This document shows, in pieces, positions 1-6,684 of a DNA stretch of 51,962 nt. How positions within the stretch are numbered: the stretch's first letter is position 1; each line of letters starts with the position of its first letter. This DNA comes from a virus (lineage: Duplodnaviria > Caudoviricetes). The DNA lies in IMG/VR virus record IMGVR_UViG_3300048861_000006, positions 1-51,962 of that record; one strand, written 5' to 3'. A model generated the notes under the pieces. That model made no database searches. It was not told where the DNA came from and saw only the letters and a program-made list of their open reading frames with translations. Made by a program: the position numbers and the translations under genes.

Positions 1-43
1 TAAGCTGTACTGCTAACGATTCAAAGCGACTCGTTAGGCGCAT

Positions 44-57
44 TGCTCTTTAACAAT
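44..57 (+). promoter_or_regulatory. boxA-like antitermination element 1 (TGCTCTTTAACAAT), preceded by a boxB-like hairpin at 13-37
   Basis: Matches the rRNA-operon boxA consensus TGCTCTTTAACA; hairpin CTAACGA/TCGTTAG lies immediately upstream; unchanged in the second copy (51643-51656). Confidence 0.75.
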
Positions 58-270
58 ACGGATGCATGAACCATCAGTAGATGGACCTCGCCAACACTAG
101 CCCAGTAGGGTAGTGCGCTTGTGTCGTGCTGGAGATTTGGCCTAGCTGCTAGTCAGCGAATATGACCGAGGAAACCAGTCTCCAAGTGTGCTTAATCTGG
201 AGTGTGTTGTGTGTAGATCGGGGGATAAGTCGATGGGTGGGGAAGGATGTAACTTTGTGTTGCGTCCCTA
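58..270 (+). ncRNA. Candidate structured non-coding RNA between the two boxA elements
   Basis: Closing stem GGATGCA(60-66)/TGCGTCC(261-267); internal hairpins 71-84, 95-115, 130-184, 145-157; compensatory C-G to T-A change between the two copies; no convincing ORF. Confidence 0.5.
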
Positions 271-290
271 ATTTCAGTGCATCAGGTGTT

Positions 291-304
291 GGTTCTTTAA
301 CAAT
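291..304 (+). promoter_or_regulatory. boxA-like element 2 (GGTTCTTTAACAAT)
   Basis: Near-consensus boxA sharing TCTTTAACAAT with element 1. Confidence 0.65.
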
Positions 305-498
305 CGATAGTCGGTTCTCACGCAAGCATTCATCAGACAATATGTAACTGAATGTGACGTAGTGTAACACTCCCTAGATGGCAGGACTAGCCATCCATCC
401 ATAGTGTTGCGCTATCATCATTTTGTATCCATAGCGTTTTGCCCCGTGAGCTAAGCATGCACTAAGTAGCATGGCCGACAGCTAGTTAAGTCTAGATT

Positions 499-536
499 GA
501 GCGTCTTTTAACAGGACTCAGCTTTAAAAGACGCTT
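499..536 (+). other. Long RNA hairpin upstream of the first ORF (possible RNase III processing stem)
   Basis: GAGCGTCTTTTAA(499-511) pairs with TTAAAAGACGCTT(524-536); function is inference. Confidence 0.45.
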
Positions 537-561
537 GATGTGTATTTAACAAGGAGGGTGT

Positions 562-717
562 ATGTCTGCTAATCAACGTATGAAGTTCCGCATTGCTCAA
601 GCTGCACATGCCCGAAACATTCGGGACAATTTCAAGTGTTGCGAACGGGCTTACTCGTATCTGCGTAAGCGTGGCTGGTCTGAAGAAGGAGCGGCTTATG
701 TGGTCTTTGGTGCGTAA
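562..717 (+). CDS. Small early protein, 51 aa (MSANQRMKFRIAQAAH...)
   Basis: Read manually; strong SD AAGGAGG before the ATG; below the ORF-track length cutoff. Confidence 0.7.
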   Translation: MSANQRMKFRIAQAAHARNIRDNFKCCERAYSYLRKRGWSEEGAAYVVFGA

Positions 718-805
718 GTACTGGTTTCTTGTTTTCCTTCAGTTGTCTATCTGTGCGTTGGGTGTTGCTTGGTGCGTCGTGATTGCAAAGCTTCTTTCCC
801 ATTGA
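698..805 (+). CDS. Small membrane peptide, 35 aa (MWSLVRKYWFLVFLQLSICALGVAWCVVIAKLLSH)
   Basis: SD AAGGAG at 686-691; single hydrophobic segment. Confidence 0.55.
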   Translation: MWSLVRKYWFLVFLQLSICALGVAWCVVIAKLLSH

Positions 806-844
806 ATTCATCATACCATTGTTTTGTCTATTAGGGGTCTCATC

Positions 845-1369
845 ATGTTCGATCGTGCTGCATTTGAATCTGGTTTCAACGGACGTATCAAAATCTTGGC
901 GAAGGCTGAGAAGCTTACGAAGGAAGGCTTGCGGGATTTGTCTCGTGAGTTGCTGTTGATTACTCAGGAAACTGAGGATATTGGCTATGTGAATCGCACA
1001 CTTGAAGTGCTGAGTCCTGCCAATCGTCGTATCTGTATTTTGTTCTTCAAAGAATTCAGTGGGTTCTTGTTCGCTGACGATAGCAACACGTTCGTCAAGA
1101 AGGATAAGAAGCGTTACGAAGCCATCAAAGTGAAGGCTATCGAGTTCTTGGATGATCCGCATAACAACGTGTGGACGTGGCAAGAACGTAACGTAGACAT
1201 GGAGGTAAAGCCTTTCGACTTGTCCAAGGTGACAGCCTTCGCAACGAATGCGCTGAAGAAGGCAGAGAAGGAAGGTATTTCTCAGGTAGATGTATTGAAT
1301 GCGTTCTTTGCTGCTGGCTTTAAGCCGGAAGCATTGGTTGCATTGATGGACAAAATGACGGCTGCATAA
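845..1369 (+). CDS. Hypothetical early protein, 174 aa
   Basis: Long ORF; ATG at 845 follows SD AGGGG. Confidence 0.85.
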   Translation: MFDRAAFESGFNGRIKILAKAEKLTKEGLRDLSRELLLITQETEDIGYVNRTLEVLSPANRRICILFFKEFSGFLFADDSNTFVKKDKKRYEAIKVKAIEFLDDPHNNVWTWQERNVDMEVKPFDLSKVTAFATNALKKAEKEGISQVDVLNAFFAAGFKPEALVALMDKMTAA

Positions 1370-1477
1370 GCACGCTATCATCGTTTGCAGGGCTTGGCAT
1401 GGGTTGCCTATGTCTGCCTATCTATTTTCTTTTCCAAGCCCACCAAGGGGCTGTATTCAAGTCTAAAGGGTATTCAA

Positions 1478-1657
1478 ATGTATAACGCAATGACAACTGC
1501 ACTTCTACGGGCTAAGACTAATCACACTGCCTTCGAGTTCTATCTACAAGTTGTAGACCGAATTGCTAAGAAGCAACCGAAGTTCAAGGAGGGATTCAGT
1601 ACGAAGCTGTCGTATCGAACGTATCAAGCGCTTAAGGCACAAGGTATCGTTGAATAA
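1478..1657 (+). CDS. Hypothetical early protein, 59 aa
   Basis: ATG at 1478 after AAGGG; fits gene spacing. Confidence 0.6.
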   Translation: MYNAMTTALLRAKTNHTAFEFYLQVVDRIAKKQPKFKEGFSTKLSYRTYQALKAQGIVE

Positions 1658-1671
1658 ACACGCCTGTACTC

Positions 1672-1700
1672 TTGACACTTTGTAACTGTTCATCTATCCT
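1672..1700 (+). promoter_or_regulatory. Sigma70-type promoter TTGACA-N17-TATCCT containing the ACACTTTGTAAC repeat
   Basis: Perfect -35, 17-nt spacer, intergenic. Confidence 0.7.
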
Positions 1701-1738
1701 GGGGTTGTTTGCGACAAAACAACTACAGGGGTTAGATC

Positions 1739-1966
1739 ATGGCAGGTTTTCAAGGTCACAAGAACTACAGCTACTGGAACGTGCATTACTGGCTGAATAA
1801 CGATGACAACCTGAATGTCCGCACCAGAGAAGCAATCCGTTCCTTGCGTGATAAGGATAAGGCTGCTCGTTATCTGCTAGAGCAATTTCCTCCCGCAACA
1901 CCTGACAAGGTGAGGTTCACATTCCGCAACATACGAGAGGCAATCAAAGAGTTCGATGTTGTGTAA
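1739..1966 (+). CDS. Hypothetical early protein, 75 aa
   Basis: ORF with SD AGGGG, downstream of a promoter and followed by a terminator. Confidence 0.8.
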   Translation: MAGFQGHKNYSYWNVHYWLNNDDNLNVRTREAIRSLRDKDKAARYLLEQFPPATPDKVRFTFRNIREAIKEFDVV

Positions 1967-1983
1967 CATCCCGCAATAAAGAC

Positions 1984-2019
1984 AGGCTGCATTGAGAAAT
2001 CAATGTGGCCTTTTTCTTT
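1984..2019 (+). terminator. Rho-independent terminator
   Basis: AGGCTGCATTGA-GAAA-TCAATGTGGCCT stem followed by a T-tract. Confidence 0.85.
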
Positions 2020-2061
2020 CCCTGTTTAATAGTTTAAAGCTATCATCAAAATGGATTAATA

Positions 2062-2238
2062 GTGATTAGCGCAGTGTTTGAACACGAACAAGGCTACAAG
2101 TTCGAAGAACGCTATGGAGACAAAGACAGTTTCCGTAGAGCGTTGAAACGCAAACATGCAACGTTCTTGCATGCTGTCGATTATGTTGCTGGTATTGCTA
2201 TACGTCCTAGCAATCTTTGGGGGTATTTAAGGTCATGA
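2062..2238 (+). CDS. Hypothetical protein, 58 aa (GTG start)
   Basis: Open frame read manually (VISAVFEHEQGYKFEERY...); weak SD. Confidence 0.45.
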   Translation: MISAVFEHEQGYKFEERYGDKDSFRRALKRKHATFLHAVDYVAGIAIRPSNLWGYLRS

Positions 2239-2499
2239 CATGCCAATGGTATTTGATGTACCTGAAGTATAAGAGTGTCAACAAAGGTACAACCATCAGT
2301 TACAAAGAGTGGTTGGATTGTAGGAAGTAATACACATTCTCTAAGCAATATAAGGAAGGAATTGACTTCCCCCTTACCCCCATTGCTCAGAGACATTCTC
2401 TGAAGTTTCTAGGCTAGGTTATCGACTTCCCCACAAGTTCCCTTGCACATCCAATTACAGGTGTGCTGTATCAATTTATACATTCTTCGGAGTAGATTT

Positions 2500-4512
2500 A
2501 TGAACATTAATGATATTCGTGTTGGCATGAAGCTGGTGTTTGGTGAAGAAAAGCTTCGCATGACCAAGGGCAAAGTGTACGAAGTAATTCGTATTGAGCG
2601 GCAATATGCTGGCCCTGACGGTTTGGTGTACGTCCATGATGATCGAGGCAATCAGCGTAACTTCTATGCTCGTCGTTTCGAACGTATTGCAGAAGATGTT
2701 CCGGCAGTCCCGCCTGCTCCTCACAAATTCCAAGTAGGCGATGTTGTAGCAGGTAATGATGGTCGCCAATGGGACATTATTAATGTTCTCGAAAACGGAA
2801 AGGTGTTTGTTCGTGGCCCGCTTCCCGGTGGTCTTGAATTTAAGAACGCCCGAAACGAAGGATATGACCCAGACAAGTTCAATCTCGTTCGTAAGGCCAT
2901 TCCTGAAGCTGCACCCATTCCGTTTGCAGATATGGCTGCTGAGAGGGCACCAGAAGCGCCACAACAGGCTGCTGTAGGTGTTGCAGTACCTGCATATGTC
3001 CCGAAGGTTGGAGACCGTGTACGGCTTCTCGATGGAGCTAATTTGCCCTTTAATGAATGGTGGATTGAAGCTGATATGCGAGAAATGGTGGGCAAGGAAT
3101 TCGTAATTTCCCACGCAGAAGCAAACAACACTCGATTCAGACTCCAGAACGACAATAACGAGTACGCTTATCTATTAGCTTGGCTTGAACCTGCTGTTGC
3201 GGTACCCGCTCGTCCGTTTGCTGTTGGTGACATTGTGAACCAAAAAGGCAACCGAATGACTACTTACAAAGTTCTGGAGTTGATTGGTGAAAATCGAATT
3301 CGAATTAGTAGGGCAGATGACCATGACGTAGCTTTGGGACATTGGCCTGAAGATATGTTTGAGCTTGTTCGTCGTGCCAATGGTGGCTTGGCAGAAGCTA
3401 TCATCAAAGCTGTACAAGCTAAGCTTGAAGTTGGCAATCACGTAAAGGTTGTCAAGAAAACAGACGGCAAGCCGATTTGGGTTGACCAAATGAACGACAC
3501 CATTGGCAAGGTGTACAAGATCGAGCGTTACGACGACTGGGCAAAAGCCTACCAACTCACGAATGGCTTCATGTACAAAGCAGAAGCTTTGGAACTGGCT
3601 AAAGAAGAAGATATCAAGATGGCAAAGAAAGCTGTGAAGAAGTTTCCTGACTTGCGCAGCTTGATTGCACAGAGCCGCAAGGAAGATATCAAGAACGTGA
3701 AGGGTGTATCGAGCTATGTTGTGTTCGTTAAGAATATGGACACTGGTGAGATTACGCTGAACAAACATCTTCGTGATGTGTGCCATGCTCGCTTGTCCGT
3801 GTATTACCCGGATCGAAAAGTGAATAAGGAAGCTGTTGCTGTGATTGATTACCAGCAAGAGCATTACAAGCAAGTTGAAGAACGTGCTGGCAAGGAATTT
3901 ATTCCGAGCTATAAGAAGTTTGTTGATTACATCGTCAATCGTTCGCCTTGGGCTGTTGCGTTCCAAGGTAAGACAGTGAAGAACGTGCTGGAGAATGGCG
4001 TTCTGATGAACGTAGAGGCTCCCAGTGGGGCTGTTGCAGGTGCATGCCAAGCTCTACGTTATCTGTCCGAGTTCGCCTATCAGAACGCAATCTGGAAGCT
4101 TTTGATGGACAACGGAATTCAGGAAGATGCAGCATTCCTGACAACGTATGCATTAATCAAAGAAGAAAATGGTACGTTCACCAAGAATCAGATGGGCGGG
4201 GGTCATCAGCCCATCAATGGGGCAATCGCTGCTGGGTCTCTGATTTCGTTCTTTGCCAATGGCTACAACGAAGCGTTCCTCAAGAGCGAGCCGTATCGAA
4301 CACGTACCAGCTACGTTGTCCACAAGCATGTCGAAGATGTTAAAGATGTGTTGCGTATCCCGATGGATTACAACCGCTACGTATCAGCTAACGTGGAATG
4401 GACGAAGCAGAAAGAGGGCTGGGCTGAAGTGATGTTTGCAACTGAAGAACAAGTGTTGGCGTTTGCACGTCATTTGGAACAACAAATCAACAAGGCACGG
4501 GAAGCAAAGTAA
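2500..4512 (+). CDS. Multidomain protein with about five N-terminal SH3/KOW-like repeats and a distinct C-terminal domain; heads the ligase cluster
   Basis: Repeated motifs IRVGMKL, FQVGDVV, PKVGDRVRL, FAVGDIV, LEVGNHVKV separated by Pro/Ala linkers; ATG at 2500 after GGAG; stop overlaps the next start. Confidence 0.8.
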   Translation: MNINDIRVGMKLVFGEEKLRMTKGKVYEVIRIERQYAGPDGLVYVHDDRGNQRNFYARRFERIAEDVPAVPPAPHKFQVGDVVAGNDGRQWDIINVLENGKVFVRGPLPGGLEFKNARNEGYDPDKFNLVRKAIPEAAPIPFADMAAERAPEAPQQAAVGVAVPAYVPKVGDRVRLLDGANLPFNEWWIEADMREMVGKEFVISHAEANNTRFRLQNDNNEYAYLLAWLEPAVAVPARPFAVGDIVNQKGNRMTTYKVLELIGENRIRISRADDHDVALGHWPEDMFELVRRANGGLAEAIIKAVQAKLEVGNHVKVVKKTDGKPIWVDQMNDTIGKVYKIERYDDWAKAYQLTNGFMYKAEALELAKEEDIKMAKKAVKKFPDLRSLIAQSRKEDIKNVKGVSSYVVFVKNMDTGEITLNKHLRDVCHARLSVYYPDRKVNKEAVAVIDYQQEHYKQVEERAGKEFIPSYKKFVDYIVNRSPWAVAFQGKTVKNVLENGVLMNVEAPSGAVAGACQALRYLSEFAYQNAIWKLLMDNGIQEDAAFLTTYALIKEENGTFTKNQMGGGHQPINGAIAAGSLISFFANGYNEAFLKSEPYRTRTSYVVHKHVEDVKDVLRIPMDYNRYVSANVEWTKQKEGWAEVMFATEEQVLAFARHLEQQINKAREAK

Positions 4513-5135
4513 TGAAACACGTCTACATCATCAACGGTAACGGACAATATCGCAGCCTGTTCGAAGGTCTGGATTTCGAGATTGTCAACGAATTGCCACT
4601 CGCAGACTTGGTGGTATTCACTGGCGGCGCAGATGTATCTCCTGAGCTGTACTGGGACAAGAAGCACCAGTACACAGGCAATGACATTGCACGAGATATG
4701 TTCGAAATGCGTATGTTCGACAAGGCTAAGGATTTGGCTATTCCGATGGTGGGAATCTGCCGTGGTGGTCAATTCCTAAACGTCATGAACGGTGGCCGTA
4801 TGTACCAGCATGTTGAGAAGCATGCGATTCACGGTACACATGAGATTGTGGATATGGAAACTGGTGAACACATCCAAGTGACATCCACACATCATCAAAT
4901 GTTCATGCCTGCCGACAACGCTATCAATGTTGCAATTGCTACGCTGGGCGGTGAGCGTGAATGGTATGACGGTGAAGTGTTCAAGCGTGATGTGAGCAAC
5001 ACGGATTACGAAGTTGTCTTCTATGAAGAAACTAAGTGTCTGTGCTTCCAACCTCACCCGGAATTCGGTGGTGAAGATTTGCAACCGATGCGCGATTACT
5101 TTGCTCGTCTCCTCAACAAATACCTCGGAGTCTGA
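4512..5135 (+). CDS. Class I glutamine amidotransferase-like protein (peptidase C26 / gamma-glutamyl hydrolase-like)
   Basis: FTGGADV, GICRGGQ nucleophile elbow, STHHQ, QPHPE (Cys-His-Glu triad). Confidence 0.92.
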   Translation: MKHVYIINGNGQYRSLFEGLDFEIVNELPLADLVVFTGGADVSPELYWDKKHQYTGNDIARDMFEMRMFDKAKDLAIPMVGICRGGQFLNVMNGGRMYQHVEKHAIHGTHEIVDMETGEHIQVTSTHHQMFMPADNAINVAIATLGGEREWYDGEVFKRDVSNTDYEVVFYEETKCLCFQPHPEFGGEDLQPMRDYFARLLNKYLGV

Positions 5136-5136
5136 C

Positions 5137-5490
5137 ATGTGGGAATGGCTAATTAAGATTGGTGCACGTATTCGCAATCCTTGGGGTAGTGAGGATCATT
5201 TGCCGTGTTACATCAATCGTGCAACTGTGACGAATGACTTCATCACCGTGAAGCTCATTCGTGAATACATTGAAATGTGCAAGAAAGAGAAAGGTGATGG
5301 ATCGTATCGTCAAATCAGCACGTTGTTGTTCAGCGTGACTGAGAAGGATGAATACTTCAAGAAATGGCTGTCTGTGGCACAGAAGGACGGACACGTAATC
5401 ATCGAAGCTAGTTCGATTCATGGTGATTACAAGTGTTGGGCAATCATCGTTCAGAACAATCTGTTCACCCGAATGAATCGCTTCCGTTAA
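5137..5490 (+). CDS. Hypothetical protein, 117 aa
   Basis: ATG 1 nt after the upstream stop; SD GGAG. Confidence 0.7.
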   Translation: MWEWLIKIGARIRNPWGSEDHLPCYINRATVTNDFITVKLIREYIEMCKKEKGDGSYRQISTLLFSVTEKDEYFKKWLSVAQKDGHVIIEASSIHGDYKCWAIIVQNNLFTRMNRFR

Positions 5491-5537
5491 AGGAATAAGC
5501 ACGTCCATACGTCTCACACTTTGTAACAGAGGAAGAA

Positions 5538-6251
5538 ATGAAAGTAGCAATCATCACTTACGTAGCACAGGAAAGCAGCAGGCAGCTTGCGAAAGCGTTG
5601 GTTGCTGCTGGAATTAAAGCTGAAGCAATCGATATGAACCGTCATTACGTTTATGACGGATTCACTCATGTGTTTGGGTACGGCTGTAGCTCTCATACAG
5701 GCCACAGGAACCGCTTGAACACTGCCAAGGCTACCAAGGTATGCATTGACAAGGTGGAGACGTTCAAGAGGCTGCAAAGGTCTGGAATCAACATTCCAGA
5801 TTGGACAGCAAGTAAGAGAATAGCAATGTGTAATAAGTGGTCTTGCACTGTTGTCCGCACAGAGAGGACAGGGCGTAAGGCTGAAGGGTTGGAATTGATT
5901 GACTACCCGGATAGGTTGCCAGAAGGTGAGCTATTTACTGAGTACTTCTACCACAAGTATGAGTACAGGATCGTTGTTTTCAATGGTGAGGTAGTTGGTC
6001 GGTATTACAAGAAGCGAACGATGAAGAAGGGCGAAGCATGGCATACGTTTGTTCTCCAACCTCAACGCGGGTTCGACATGATGGATGATCATTGTGTGAG
6101 AGCAGCGAAGGCTCTGGGAATTGACTATGTTGGATTCGACGTTGTAGCGAATACCAAGAAAGACTTCAAGATTTTGGAGGCTAACAGCGGTCCGATTCTT
6201 ACGGATGAAGCTGAAGCCGCTATCATTAAATATTTCAAGGGCAAGAAATGA
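5538..6251 (+). CDS. ATP-grasp (RimK-like) ligase 1
   Basis: DKVETF, EYRIVVFNGEVV, ALGIDYVGFDV, ILEANSGP motifs. Confidence 0.88.
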   Translation: MKVAIITYVAQESSRQLAKALVAAGIKAEAIDMNRHYVYDGFTHVFGYGCSSHTGHRNRLNTAKATKVCIDKVETFKRLQRSGINIPDWTASKRIAMCNKWSCTVVRTERTGRKAEGLELIDYPDRLPEGELFTEYFYHKYEYRIVVFNGEVVGRYYKKRTMKKGEAWHTFVLQPQRGFDMMDDHCVRAAKALGIDYVGFDVVANTKKDFKILEANSGPILTDEAEAAIIKYFKGKK

Positions 6252-6634
6252 AGAAAATCATTAGTGCAGTATTGTTTGCATGCACTGCCATAGCGCTGTC
6301 AGGTTGCAATACTCAAGACAGTACGGTTGCGTCTCAAAATCTGAGCCAAGATGCTGATAACTTCAAGGTTGGCCGTCACATCAGTTTCATCAATACCCGT
6401 ACTGACAATCGAATCATGGAGATTGTTGGTCTGTGCAGTATCGAAGCAGGCACAAGCAGTAGCTCTATCGCTGTGATTTGCAAGGATGGAGGGGCATACA
6501 AAAAGAACATCGTGGCTCTGTCTCAAGATGTGACGTATGTAGTGGAACAGTTGGATTACAAGGATGTGTCAACCGCACAATTCAAACTTGTCATCAAACC
6601 TTCTTCGCTGATTCCCGCAATCGAATTGCGTTGA
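6248..6634 (+). CDS. Lipoprotein
   Basis: Signal peptide MKKIISAVLF with lipobox LSGC. Confidence 0.8.
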   Translation: MKKIISAVLFACTAIALSGCNTQDSTVASQNLSQDADNFKVGRHISFINTRTDNRIMEIVGLCSIEAGTSSSSIAVICKDGGAYKKNIVALSQDVTYVVEQLDYKDVSTAQFKLVIKPSSLIPAIELR

Positions 6635-6684
6635 TTAAACACGTCTGTACGCCAGACACTTTGTAACTTAACAGGAAAGAAACT

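Larger units (their letters stand above)
1..364 (+). repeat. Imperfect direct repeat of the contig end (copy 1; copy 2 at 51600-51962)
   Basis: Hand alignment: 238-364 is identical to 51836-51962 (exactly 127 nt); 1-237 differs from 51600-51835 by about 27 substitutions and one indel. Confidence 0.95.

Noticed and set aside
58-270. Known RNA classes (tmRNA, hammerhead ribozyme, group I intron)
   Set aside because: No tRNA-like ends, no CUGAUGA/GAAA core and no interrupted gene; left as an unclassified candidate
1-364. Diversity-generating retroelement template/variable repeat pair
   Set aside because: Differences between the copies are not adenine-specific, no reverse transcriptase is encoded, and the region is non-coding
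149-370. ORF-track ORFs 149-370, 162-347 and 51745-51945
   Set aside because: No clear SD, and the two sequence copies differ by a frameshifting indel, so coding function is unlikely
441-500. tRNA gene (GCCCCGTGAGCTAAG start resembles a tRNA 5' end)
   Set aside because: No T-arm GTTCRA motif, no matching acceptor stem and no CCA
1655-6667. CRISPR array from the 32-bp repeats
   Set aside because: Repeats are kilobases apart, separated by whole genes, and no cas genes are present
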